A stretch of 64,000 nt of DNA, taken from positions 704,001-768,000 of the forward strand of contig CAWAHW010000002.1 of assembly GCA_963781885.1 (NCBI GenBank), given 5' to 3'. This DNA comes from an uncultured Spirochaetota bacterium (GTDB lineage: Bacteria; Spirochaetota; Spirochaetia; SZUA-6; Fen-1364). The notes beneath the pieces were generated by a model. The model saw only the letters and a list, made by a program, of their open reading frames with translations, made no database searches and was not told where the DNA came from. Position numbers and translations under genes: made by a program. The stretch's first letter is position 1. Each line of letters starts with the position of its first letter. Positions 10,641 to 21,147 of the stretch are shown one piece after another.

Positions 10641-13625
10641 CTACTTCCTGCCGCTCTTTTTCGCGACGCCGCTCTTCTTCGCGGTCTTCTTGACCGCCTT
10701 TTTCACGGCAGCCTTCTTCGCCACCGGTTTCTTTGCGGCCGCCTTCTTCGCGGCCCCGCCGCCCTTTTTCGCCACAGCCTTTTTGGCAACGGCCTTCTTT
10801 GCCGCAGGCTTCTTCGCGACAGGCTTTTTTGCGACGGGCTTCTTCGCCGCAGCCTTCTTCACGACGACCTTCTTTGCCGCCGGGGGCTTCGCAAGGTCTG
10901 CAACGGCTTCCTGGGCCGCGGCGAGCTTCGCCAGCGGAACACGGTACGGCGAGCAGGACACGTAGCTCATGCCCACGCGGTGGCAGAACTTCACGGATTC
11001 CGGGTCACCGCCATGCTCGCCGCAGATGCCGATCTTCAGCGTGGGCTTCACTGCCCGGCCCTTGGTGATGCCCATCTTGATCAGCTCCCCGATGCCGTCC
11101 TGGTCGATTGTCTGGAACGGGTCGGCCGGGAGGATCTTCTTTTCCAGGTAGTGCGGCAGGAAGCTGCCGATGTCGTCGCGGGAGAAGCCGAAGCCCATCT
11201 GGGTGAGGTCATTCGTCCCGAAGGAGAAGAACTCGCAGACGCTCGCGAACTTGTCCGCGGTGACGCACGCGCGCGGTATCTCGATCATCGTGCCGACGAC
11301 AAGGACGAGCTTCGCCTTCGACATCGCGAACTTGGCAAGCACCTTTTCGTAGACCCTGTCGATGATCTTCTTCTGGTCGACGATCTCCGTCATCACCGAG
11401 GTGACGGGGATCATGATCTCGGGGCGCGCATTCTTTCCTGCCTGGATCAGCTCCGCCGCTGCCTCCAGGATGGCCTGTGTCTGCACCTCGGTCATCTCGG
11501 GGTAGGAGATGCCCAGGCGGACGCCGCGATGGCCCATCATCGGGTTGTTTTCATGCAGGTCATCGGCGCGCTTGTTGAACTCGTCCAGCGAGATGCCAAG
11601 GTCCGTGGCGAGTCGCTGCCTTTCGTCGGGCCGGGTGGGGACGAACTCGTGCAGCGGGGGATCGAGGAAGCGGAATGTCACGGGCAACCCGTCCATGACC
11701 TCCATGGTCCGCTTCACGTCGTCCTTCATGTACGGGAAGAGCTCTTCCAGCGCCTTGCGGCGCTCCGCTTCCGTGTTGGAGGCGATCATGCGGCGGAGGA
11801 GGAACAGCGGCTTGTCGGCGCCCTCGCCGTAGAACATGTGCTCGAACCGGAAGAGCCCGATGCCCTCGGCGCCGAACTCGCGCGCCTTCTTGGCGTCCTG
11901 GGGCGTATCGGCGTTCGTGCGCACGCCGAGCTTCTTCACCTTGTCGCAAATGGCCATGAAGCCGACGAAGTCCGGGTTCTCTCCCGCCGCCTTGATGAGC
12001 GGCAGCGCCCCGACGTACACGGTGCCCTTGCTGCCGTTCAGCGTGATGAACTCGCCCTCGCGGACGACCTTGCCCTTCACGCTCATCTGTTTCGCGGGAA
12101 TGTCCACGCGGATGTCGCCCGCGCCGACGATGCAGCACTTGCCCCAGCCGCGCGCCACGAGCGCCGCGTGCGAGGTCATGCCGCCGCGCGCCGTGAGGAT
12201 GGCCTCCGCCGCGCGCATCCCCTCCACGTCCTCGGGGTTGGTCTCTTCGCGCACGAGCACGACCTTCTTGCCCTGCTTCGTCCACGCCACCGCGTCATTC
12301 GCGGTGAACACGACCTGCCCGACGCCGCCGCCGGGACCGGCGGGAAGACCCTTCACGAGGATCGGGGTATCCTTCTCCTTCGCCGGGTCGATGATGGGAT
12401 GGAGCAGCTCGTCCAGCTGCGCCGCGGTCACGCGCGTGACGGCATCTTCCGGCGTCGTGAGTTTTTCCTTCACCATGTCGACGGCCATGCGGACGGCCGC
12501 GGGCCCGTTGCGCTTGCCGACGCGGCACTGGAGCATCCAGAGCTTGCCCTTTTCAATGGTGAACTCCAGGTCCAGCATGTCGTGGTAATGCTTCTCCAGG
12601 CGCAGCTCGATGGCGTGCAGCTCGCCGTAGATCCTCGAGAACTGCTTCTCCAGCGAAGGAAGACCGGCCGTGTGCTCCGTCTTTCCCGCCTCGTTGATGG
12701 GGTAGGGGGTGCGGATGCCCGCCACGACGTCTTCGCCCTGGGCATTGGGAAGCCATTCGCCGTAGAACACGTTCTGGCCGGTCGCGGGGTTGCGGGTGAA
12801 GGCGACGCCGGTGCCGGAGTCATCGCCCATGTTTCCGAACACCATGGACTGCACGGTGACGGCGGTTCCCCATTCGTCGGGGATCCCTTCGATGCGGCGG
12901 TAGGAGATGGCGCGCTTTCCGTTCCAGCTCTGGAACACGGCGCGGATGCCGCCCCAGACCTGCTCCATGGGGTCCTCGGGGAAATCCTTGCCCAGCACTT
13001 CGCGCACCTTGGCCTTGTACGTCCTGATGAGCGCCTTCAGGTCGTCCGCGGTGAGCTCGGTGTCCTGCTTCACGCCGCGGGCGCGCTTCATCTTGTCCAG
13101 CTCGCGTTCCAGCTGCTGGCGGATGCCCATGCCTTCGGCGGGCTCGATGCCCTCCGCCTTCTCCATGACCACGTCGGAGTACATCTGGATGAGCCTGCGG
13201 TAGGCGTCGTAGACGAATCGGGGGTTTCCCGTGAGGGCGATGATGCCCTGCGCCGTCTTTTCGTTGAGGCCGACGTTGAGCACCGTCTCCATCATGCCGG
13301 GCATCGATTTGCGCGCGCCCGACCGCACGGAGACCAGGAGCGGGTTGGCGGCATCGCCGAATTTGTGGCTCATGATCTTTTCGATGTGCCGCAGTCCCTC
13401 GTTCACCTTGGCATCCAGGCCCGCGGGGTATTTTCCCTTGTTCTGGAAGAAATAATTGCAGACCTCGGTGGTGATGGTGAAACCCGCTGGAACGGGAAGC
13501 CGCAAGTCGGGATGACCGGCCATTTCGGCGAGGTTCGCGCCCTTTCCGCCGAGAAGGTTCTTCATCTTCTCATTGCCGTCGGCCTTTCCCCCTCCGAACA
13601 AATAGACGAATTGTGCCCCCGCCAT
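10641..13625 (-). CDS. ppdK: Pyruvate, phosphate dikinase with a Lys/Ala-rich C-terminal tail
   Basis: LGGKGANLAEM, LVSVRSGA..SMPGMM, phospho-His motif GGMTSHAA, FSFGTNDLTQ and GICGEHGG. Confidence 0.98.
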   Translation of the reverse strand: MAGAQFVYLFGGGKADGNEKMKNLLGGKGANLAEMAGHPDLRLPVPAGFTITTEVCNYFFQNKGKYPAGLDAKVNEGLRHIEKIMSHKFGDAANPLLVSVRSGARKSMPGMMETVLNVGLNEKTAQGIIALTGNPRFVYDAYRRLIQMYSDVVMEKAEGIEPAEGMGIRQQLERELDKMKRARGVKQDTELTADDLKALIRTYKAKVREVLGKDFPEDPMEQVWGGIRAVFQSWNGKRAISYRRIEGIPDEWGTAVTVQSMVFGNMGDDSGTGVAFTRNPATGQNVFYGEWLPNAQGEDVVAGIRTPYPINEAGKTEHTAGLPSLEKQFSRIYGELHAIELRLEKHYHDMLDLEFTIEKGKLWMLQCRVGKRNGPAAVRMAVDMVKEKLTTPEDAVTRVTAAQLDELLHPIIDPAKEKDTPILVKGLPAGPGGGVGQVVFTANDAVAWTKQGKKVVLVREETNPEDVEGMRAAEAILTARGGMTSHAALVARGWGKCCIVGAGDIRVDIPAKQMSVKGKVVREGEFITLNGSKGTVYVGALPLIKAAGENPDFVGFMAICDKVKKLGVRTNADTPQDAKKAREFGAEGIGLFRFEHMFYGEGADKPLFLLRRMIASNTEAERRKALEELFPYMKDDVKRTMEVMDGLPVTFRFLDPPLHEFVPTRPDERQRLATDLGISLDEFNKRADDLHENNPMMGHRGVRLGISYPEMTEVQTQAILEAAAELIQAGKNARPEIMIPVTSVMTEIVDQKKIIDRVYEKVLAKFAMSKAKLVLVVGTMIEIPRACVTADKFASVCEFFSFGTNDLTQMGFGFSRDDIGSFLPHYLEKKILPADPFQTIDQDGIGELIKMGITKGRAVKPTLKIGICGEHGGDPESVKFCHRVGMSYVSCSPYRVPLAKLAAAQEAVADLAKPPAAKKVVVKKAAAKKPVAKKPVAKKPAAKKAVAKKAVAKKGGGAAKKAAAKKPVAKKAAVKKAVKKTAKKSGVAKKSGRK

Positions 13626-13868
13626 GTGCTTATCTCCTCTTTTGTGGCTTAAAATAGGTGGAAAATCTTGGTTCTGATTCTTACCTGCTTCGGAAGGAAT
13701 ATCCCCAAAGCACCGCGACCGTCAAGTGAGAGGGGGGAAGGGATAGACGCGCCTGGCTTTGTAAATCTCGAACTGTTCCACGCCCATGGAACAATCTGAC
13801 GGCCGCAATTCCGCGGCGCATTCTGGTTACCGGCTAGGCGTGGAGGATCTCATGCACCTTGCGCCTGT

Positions 13869-14381
13869 CTATTGTGAAAGATCGATGGTGCCGCCGTCGT
13901 GATTGTCGTCGTGGTAGGTGGTGAGGTCAGCCGCTCCCGCATAGGCGACGATGAAATCGAGCTTCCCGCCGACGACGGGCAGCTTGCCGGCAGGGACGTG
14001 GAGCTCGACGGTTGTCGTGCCACCCGCCTGGCCCACGGCGAAGCTGTCGGCGAGACGGGTGGCAGCCTCCTGGTGACTGTGCCCCGAGCCGACCTGCTCG
14101 CTGAAAACGGGCTTCCCGTCGGCGACGTAGCCCATAAAGATGTGGGCGCCGTCCATGACCACGGAACCCAGGCCGATGCCCACCCAGCCGGTCGTCTGCG
14201 CGGTCACCGCGATGGTGAGCCCGCCATTGGAATCCGCCTGATAGTAGACGGTGATGGCGTCGTAATCGAGCGACATCGACTTGCTGTATTCGCCTGGCAT
14301 GACCGTGCCGTCCACTTTCGGGACCGGCCATGCCGCCACGGAAGCCATCAGGATGAGAAATATCGCCGTTAATCTCTTCAT
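13869..14381 (-). CDS. Secreted DOMON-domain protein
   Basis: Signal peptide, GWVGIGLG..MDGAHIFMG pattern and a C-terminal YH, typical of DOMON domains. Confidence 0.7.
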   Translation of the reverse strand: MKRLTAIFLILMASVAAWPVPKVDGTVMPGEYSKSMSLDYDAITVYYQADSNGGLTIAVTAQTTGWVGIGLGSVVMDGAHIFMGYVADGKPVFSEQVGSGHSHQEAATRLADSFAVGQAGGTTTVELHVPAGKLPVVGGKLDFIVAYAGAADLTTYHDDNHDGGTIDLSQ

Positions 14382-14402
14382 GCATCACCTTCCCTGAAAG
14401 AT

Positions 14403-14433
14403 ACGGGGGAAACCAGGGATTGGTTTCCCCCGT
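14403..14433. terminator. Perfect 13-bp intercistronic stem-loop (terminator or mRNA-stabilising hairpin)
   Basis: ACGGGGGAAACCA-GGGAT-TGGTTTCCCCCGT lies between the phosphoesterase and DOMON genes. Confidence 0.55.
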
Positions 14434-14445
14434 TTTCACCCAGCC

Positions 14446-15363
14446 TCAGCTCGCGGGCAGAAGACCGTCCGGGCTGATCGCGTATTCCTTGATCGTGACC
14501 TGATTTGTCTTCAGATCGATGCTCACGGTGCGAAATCCCAGCCCCCGGTAGGGGTGCGCCGCGTCCCACGGAAGGGGGTTCGGGCTTGCCACCGAACCAG
14601 GCGCCGGCAGGGGGAACATCATGCCGGGCGCCGCGTACTGCGTGAAGCCGTCACCGTCGTCCTCCCGCACCTGGTGGATGTGGCCGTAGAAGAGCTTCAC
14701 GTTCTTGAACGGCTTGAAGAGGGCCAGTGCGCTCGCGCCGTCCTTTGTCCGCCAGTCCCACGCGGCGTAGACGTCGATCAAGGGCCGATGGGCGAAGACG
14801 ATGATCTGGGAGCTCTTGTCGAAGGTCTGCAGCACGCCGGCGAGCCACTGAAGCTGGGCATCGCCAAGGCTGCCATCCGGCGTCGACACATTGTCCAGCA
14901 CGATGAAGTGGACGCCCTTCACATCGAAGGCATAGTGCGGCTCGCCGAAGTACTCGCGGTAAGCCTGCGCGTTGTCCAGGGCCGCATCGTGCTCGCCGGG
15001 AATGAACTTGACGTTCTTCACGCTCAGGCCGGCGATGATGTCCTTGAACTGCGCCATGCGCTGCCGCCTGACCGCGGGATCGTTCGTGGTATGGGTCTCA
15101 TCGCCGGTGAAGATCAGGAAGTCCGGGTCCCCCTGCAAGGCGTTGATTTCCGCGATGCCTTTTTTCAGCGTCCCCGCATAGTCCGGGTTCACCTTGGCAT
15201 TGTTGAAGCCCCAGTGGGTATCGGAAACCTGGATGAAGAAGAGCCTGCCGTCGTCCGCAGCCTGGGCCGAGGCGGCCGCGGCGACGGCGAGAAAGAGCCC
15301 GAGACCGAGCAGGACGCGTCTCAGCGTCCGGCCGGCAGAATCCTTGAAAACAGCCTGTTGCAT
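14446..15363 (-). CDS. Exported calcineurin-like metallophosphoesterase
   Basis: SDTH, TGD, GEHD, AHRP and GHIH motifs. Signal peptide ends ASAQA; ATG 15363 follows AAGGAG. Confidence 0.88.
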   Translation of the reverse strand: MQQAVFKDSAGRTLRRVLLGLGLFLAVAAAASAQAADDGRLFFIQVSDTHWGFNNAKVNPDYAGTLKKGIAEINALQGDPDFLIFTGDETHTTNDPAVRRQRMAQFKDIIAGLSVKNVKFIPGEHDAALDNAQAYREYFGEPHYAFDVKGVHFIVLDNVSTPDGSLGDAQLQWLAGVLQTFDKSSQIIVFAHRPLIDVYAAWDWRTKDGASALALFKPFKNVKLFYGHIHQVREDDGDGFTQYAAPGMMFPLPAPGSVASPNPLPWDAAHPYRGLGFRTVSIDLKTNQVTIKEYAISPDGLLPAS

Positions 15364-15430
15364 TCGATCATCTCCTTGACATCTCCTACACCGGCGTCGC
15401 GTCTGCGGATCGCATTGCGCCCCTTTTTTG

Positions 15431-15460
15431 TTGACACCAGGACAGGCCCGCGCGTACCAT
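15431..15460 (+). promoter_or_regulatory. Sigma70-type promoter of rubrerythrin
   Basis: TTGACA-18 nt-TACCAT. Confidence 0.6.
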
Positions 15461-15481
15461 GTCTGCATCCAGGAGGAGCAT

Positions 15482-16060
15482 ATGGCCAAGTCGATCAAGG
15501 GCTCGAAGACCGAGCAAAATCTGCTCAAGGCGTTTGCCGGGGAATCGCAGGCGCGAAACCGCTACACGTATTTTGCAAGCGCGGCGCGCAAGGAGGGCTT
15601 CCAGCAGATCGCCAACATCTTCCAGGAGACGGCGGACAACGAAAAAGAGCATGCAAAAGTGTTCTTTTCCCACCTCGAAGGTGGAGACCTGGAGATCACC
15701 GCCTCCTATCCCGCGGGTGCAGTGAAGGAGACAAAGGCGAATCTCGAGGCCGCTGCCGCGGGGGAAAAGATGGAGTGGACGACGCTCTACCCGGATTTCG
15801 GAAAAATAGCGCGCGAAGAAGGGTATCCCGAGGTCGCCCGGTCTTTCGAACAGGTCGCCAAGGTGGAGAAGTTCCATGAAGGCCGGTATCGCAAGCTGAT
15901 CGACAATGTCGCGCAGGGAGAGGTCTTCAAGAGGAAGACGGCCGTGAAGTGGCACTGCATCAACTGCGGCTACGTCTTCGAAGGCACCGAGCCTCCAAAA
16001 GAATGCCCGGCGTGCCGGCATCCCCAGTCCTTCTACGAGGTTCTTGCCGAGAACTATTGA
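15482..16060 (+). CDS. rbr: Rubrerythrin
   Basis: AFAGESQARNRY, EKEH and EKFH diiron motifs plus a C-terminal rubredoxin CINC...CPAC. RBS AGGAGG. Confidence 0.96.
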   Translation: MAKSIKGSKTEQNLLKAFAGESQARNRYTYFASAARKEGFQQIANIFQETADNEKEHAKVFFSHLEGGDLEITASYPAGAVKETKANLEAAAAGEKMEWTTLYPDFGKIAREEGYPEVARSFEQVAKVEKFHEGRYRKLIDNVAQGEVFKRKTAVKWHCINCGYVFEGTEPPKECPACRHPQSFYEVLAENY

Positions 16061-16154
16061 GCATTCCCAAGCCCTCGGCGGACGGGGCGGGCATCTGCCC
16101 GAGAGCCGCCGGGGGCGTCCTTGACTTCTGCCACACGGGGCACTACGACAGCCT

Positions 16155-19100
16155 ATGCTCTCTAGCCCGGTCCTCGGAGTCGACATAGGCTCCGTCGCCA
16201 TTTCTGCTGCTCTCCTCCGTCCGGAGGCGGGCATGGAGAAGGCATTCCACCGGACCCACAAGGGCAGGATCGACGAGACGCTGCGCTGTCTTGCCGCGGA
16301 GATCGGGCCCGTTCCTCTTGCAGGGATCGCCTGCACCTCGTCCGGCTCATTCTCGATCGAAGGCGCGAGGTTCTACGATCCGCAGTGTTCCCTGATCGCA
16401 AGCTGCCGCGCCTTTTTCCCGGCGCGCGGTCCATCGTATTCGTCGGGGGAGAGAAGTTCGGCCTGATCCGTCTGAGCGAAACCGGCGCGTACCGCGGGGC
16501 GCGGACGAGCTCGTCGTGCGCGGCAGGCACGGGAAGCTTCCTCGACCAGCAGGCGCGGCGGCTGGGTTTCGCCGGTGTCGACGAGCTCGTCCGCAGGGCG
16601 CTGGCCAGCACGACGCCCGCGCCGAAGATATCGACCCGCTGCGCCGTCTTCGCGCGCACGGACCTCGTGCATGCGCAGCAGGCGGGCCATAGCCTTGAGG
16701 AGATCTGCGACGGGCTCTGCCGGGGGCTGGCCCAGAACATCGCCGACACGCTGCGCGGCGGCGAGCCGCTCACGGGGCCCGTCGTCTTTGCCGGCGGCGT
16801 TGCCCGAAACGAATCCGTGCGGCGCCACCTGGAGCACATACTCGGCATGCCGCTGCTCCGGCACGATCAGGCGCAGGCATTCGGCGCAGCCGGCGCGGCG
16901 CTGTGCCTTGCGGAAGAAGGCGGAGGCGCGGCGATCACGCTCGGCCCCGACACGCTGTGCGCAGGCAAAGGCGACGCCAAAAGCTACTACTACCAGCCTC
17001 TGCCCATCCCCGGCCCGACGGGAGAAGCGAAAAACGGCACGCGCATCTTCAGCGCCGGTGCCTTCTCCGCCGCGCATCCCGTGGAGGTGGAAATCTACTC
17101 GAAGCCCGCGGGGCCCGTTCCCGTCCGCATGGGCATCGACGTCGGCTCCACGTCGACAAAGGCCATCCTGATAGACGAAACGCGCCAGCCCGTTGCCGGG
17201 TTCTACGCCCGCACGCTGGGCTCCCCGCTCACCGCCGTCCAGGCGATCTGCGAGGCCGTGGAGGATATGCAGACCCGCCTGTCCGTTTCACTTCGCTTCC
17301 TCGGCGTGGGCACGACGGGGGCGGGCAGGAAGTTCATCGGGTCGCTGGTGAAGGCCGACCTCGTGGTGGACGAGATCACGGCCCACGCGCGCGCCGCCTA
17401 CGAGCTCGATCCCGCCGTGGACACGATCATCGAGATCGGCGGCCAGGACGCGAAGTTCACCACGGTGCGCGACGGCATGGTCACCTTTTCCCACATGAAC
17501 ACCGTCTGCGCGGCCGGCACGGGCAGCTTCCTGGAAGAGCAGGCGGAGAGGCTGGGCTGCGGCCTTGCGGATTACGAGCAGAGGGTCCGCGGCGCGCGCG
17601 CCCCGCTGTCCAGCGACCGGTGCGCCGTTTTCATGGAGCGCGACATCAACAACTTCATGGCCCAGGGTTTCTCCACCGAGGAGATACTCCTCGCGGCGCT
17701 CCACAGCGTGCGGGAAAACTACATGGGCAAGGTGGCGCGCGGAGCGGCCATCGGAAACCACGTCGCCTTCCAGGGCGCCACGGCGCGCAACAAGGCGCTC
17801 GTCGCCGCGTTCAGCGAGGGCCTGGGAAAGCCGCTCAGCGTGTCGCGCTACTGCCACCTCACCGGCGCACTCGGAGCGGCCCTGCTGCTCGGCGAGGCGG
17901 GCAAGACAGCCTCCACGTTCCTCGGTCTTGCGGCACTGCGGGAGCCGATTCCCGTGCGCGCGGAGACCTGCACGCTCTGCGGCAACCACTGTCGGCTGCG
18001 CATCGCAACCGTCGGCGGGGAGACGGTCGCCTACGGCTTCCTCTGCGGCAGGGACTACGATCAGCGCAGATTCGTCGACAGGAACAGCTCGGGCTTCGAT
18101 CTCCTGAGGGAAAGGACGGGCGGCATTCGCGTCTGCGGCGGAGACCTGCGGCACCGATTCCGTCCGATGGACCGGTGATCGGCATACCCGCGGCGCTGGG
18201 TCTGTACGGCCATCTTTCTCTCTGGAAGCGCTTCTTCGCGCTCCTGGGCATCCCCACCGTGACGACGGAGGGCCTGGAAGGGAGCATCGATGCGGGCCGC
18301 GAAGTCCAGGGCGCCGAGTTCTGCGCGCCGCTTGCCGCCCTCCACGGTCACGTGAAGTTTTTGCGGGACAAGGCCGACTGGATCTTCCTTCCCGTGCTCC
18401 TGGAGGAGGCGCGGCCGAATGGCAAGGGTGCGCTCCTGCACTGCTATTACACGCAGTACAGCTCCGCGCTCGTTTCCGGCGTGAGCGACGAGAGGCTGCG
18501 CGACCGCTGTCTCATGCCGCAGGCAAGCTGGACGCGCTGGCGCGGAAGGACGAAAAGGGAGCTGTATCACGCCCTGCGGCAAAAAGGGATGCGGTACCTT
18601 CCGCGCTGGGCAGTCTCGCTCGCCTTCGAGCAGGCGAGTGCCGAGCACGACAAGGCGCTGCGCCGGCTCCAGGACAGGTTCCGCGAGGAAATGGCTTCTG
18701 CCACGTCTCCATCCGTCGTGCTGCTTGGCCGGCCGTACACCGTTCTCAGCCCCGAGATGGGAAAAGGCATTCCCGCGATATTCGCGAGCCTTGGCGTCAA
18801 GGTGTTCTACCAGGACATGGTGCCCTACGAGCCTGCCGACGTCGAATCCATCGCGCCCCTGCTGGACATGGTGCACTGGCTGAATGCGGCCAAGATACTC
18901 GAGGTGGCCTGCGTCGCGGCGCGCACGCCGAATCTCTACCCGGTTTTCGTCACGTCATTCAAATGCACGCCCGACAGCTTTGCGCTGGAGTATTTCAAGC
19001 GCATCCTCGATGCGCGGAACAAGCCGTACCTCATCCTCCAGCTCGACGACCACGACTCGACGCTCGGCTACGAGACGCGCATCGAGGCGGGCGTGGCATC

Positions 19101-20502
19101 GTTCAGGAACCATGCCATGCGCTCCTGGCGCGTTGCCGGTCGCGAGCTTGCGGCTGGGCGCTCCTGGCGCGTTGCCAGTCGCGAGCAACTCCGCGGGGTA
19201 CCGCGGAAGGCGACATTCGCCATGCGCTCCTGGCGCGTTGCCGGTCGCGCCGGGACAGGCCACGCCCGCGACGCGGCGCGGGAACGCATGGAAGGCGCCC
19301 TTTCGATCGTGCCGCACGGATTGAGCCGACTCGGCAGCCGGACGCTGCTCTTCCCCAACTGGGACGCGCTGTGCAATCCGCTCCTGGTGGCGAATCTTCG
19401 CCGCGAGGGCGTCGACGCGAGGCTGCTGGACGAGGACGATCTTTCCATCCGCGCCGCCATGCGGCACAACACGGGCCAATGCCTCCCGCTGAACATCATC
19501 GCGCAGGAGACGATCGACTACGTGGATCGACACGGCCTCGATCCGGCGCGCACCGCCGTGTGGCTGCCCCTCAGCATCCTGCCCTGCAACCTCGGAATGT
19601 TCGTGCCCTTCATGAAGAGCCTGCTGCAGGCCGAAGGCCGCGGCATGGAGAACGTCGAGGTCTACAACGGCAATTTCTACTATTCCGACATCTCGCTCCG
19701 CGCGACCATCAATGCGTACAAGGCATTCCTGGCGGGTGGGCTTCTCCGCCGGGTGGGCTGCCGCATCAGGCCCTACGAGACGGAGCCCGGTGCCACCGAC
19801 GCTGCCATCGCGCGCGCCCTTGGCATCCTGGCTTCGGCATTCGAGACGGGAAGCTCGCGCGGGGCTGCCATGCATGCCGCCGCGGCCCTCTTCGACTCCA
19901 TCCCCGTGAGCGGCGAGCGTCGGCCGCAAGTGGCGATATTCGGCGACCTGTACGTGCGCGACAATGACGTCATGAGCCAGGACCTGATCCATGCGATAGA
20001 GCGCGCCGGCGGGGAGGCGATCACGACGCCCTACACGGACTACGTGGCGATCATCGTCCACGCGGTGCTCCGCCAGGTTGCTCTTGCCGGCGACCATCTC
20101 GGCGCTGCCCGCTACCGGTTGGTCTGGAAGCTGGTCGACACCATGGGCCGCGGATATCGCCGGCATTTCGCGCGCTTCCTGGAGCCCGAGGCGCTTCCCG
20201 ACGGCAGCGACGACGAAAGCTTCCTGCGGCGTTTCGGGCTGCGGACGGAGCACAACGGGGAATCGTTCGAGAATCTCCTGAAGATCCTCCACATGACCCG
20301 CGTCCATCCGCGCCTGGCCCTCTACGTCCAGGCCAGTCCCGCCTTCTGCTGCCCTTCCATGGTGACCGAGGCGATGAAGCAGGACATCGAGCGGTTCACG
20401 GGCGTGCCGGTGGTGAGCATCACCTACGACGGCACGGGGCAGTATCGCAACGACGTGATCGTGCCCTACCTGAAATACGCGGCCGCCCGTACGCTCTCTT
20501 GA
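16155..20502 (+). CDS. Large CoA-substrate-specific enzyme activase / 2-hydroxyacyl-CoA dehydratase-activator fusion; apparent frameshifts at about 16420 and about 18120-18150
   Basis: Two ASKHA activase modules (GVDIGS..CAAGTGSFLDQQA..CAVF; GIDVGSTSTK..IGGQDAK..CAAGTGSFLEEQA) followed by dehydratase-type domains (FCAP, SFKCTPD, CLPLN, PAFCCP). Split over ORFs 16155-16466, 16385-18178 and the distal part of 16903-20502. Confidence 0.88.
19114..19249 (+). repeat. In-frame mosaic of palindromic modules inside the activase gene
   Basis: 31-bp direct repeat at 19114-19144 and 19219-19249 (105 bp apart) with a third variant copy at 19158-19183. Encodes RSWRVA(G/S)R three times. Confidence 0.9.
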
Positions 20503-20547
20503 TGGACCGCGCCCAACTCGCCTATTCTCGCAGGCGGCAGCCCTGCA

Positions 20548-21147
20548 ATGCGTGACGAGCCCCTCACCCTGCCCGAAGAGCTTTCGCCCGGTGACGACAT
20601 GGAGGTCGTGCTCACCACGGGACGCAAGGCGTCCGTCCGCCGCTACGAGGTGCTCTTCACGCCCTGCATGGAGAGGCCGACCATCAGCCTGGACCGTCTG
20701 TACTCCGCAAAGCGGCTCGTGCTCGTCGACAAGCAGGCGACGTTTCCCGAGATCGCGCTCCTGGGTCTTTTCCAGAGGAATGGCTGGCAGGGGGCGTGGT
20801 CCGACAACGCCCACCGCAAGTACTTCGACCGGATGCCCAACCAGAGCAAGGGCATCTCGCTGGACACCTATGCAAACCAGGCAATCGCGCGCATTGCGGA
20901 CAACAACGACAAGAGCAAGGCGGGTTGCTGGGACCTCATCCTGTGGGCGGACCGGAGGATCGTCTTCGTCTCCGTCGCGTCCCACGCGGAAGGCAAGGCG
21001 ATCGGTGACGCGCAGCTGCGGTGGATGACGGCTGCCCTGAAGACGGGCTTTTCCGCCGGCCAGTTCGTGGTCGTGGAATGGGACAACCGCCGGGTCGCGG
21101 CGCGCAGGAAGAAGCACGGTCCTCCCGGCGAGGAGGCGACGCGATGA
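20548..21147 (+). CDS. Hypothetical protein with a degenerate VRR-NUC-like C-terminus
   Basis: Good codon usage. GCWDLILW...FVSVA...IGDAQLRW resembles the VRR-NUC pattern G.PDL...F.E.K...Q..W. Confidence 0.6.
   Translation: MRDEPLTLPEELSPGDDMEVVLTTGRKASVRRYEVLFTPCMERPTISLDRLYSAKRLVLVDKQATFPEIALLGLFQRNGWQGAWSDNAHRKYFDRMPNQSKGISLDTYANQAIARIADNNDKSKAGCWDLILWADRRIVFVSVASHAEGKAIGDAQLRWMTAALKTGFSAGQFVVVEWDNRRVAARRKKHGPPGEEATR

Noticed and set aside
10980-13652. Long antisense ORFs such as 10980-13652(+), 2172-3803(+), 18955-21117(-), 50199-51809(-) and 53291-54901(-)
   Set aside because: Shadow frames of well-supported genes in a high-GC genome, with no recognisable motifs.
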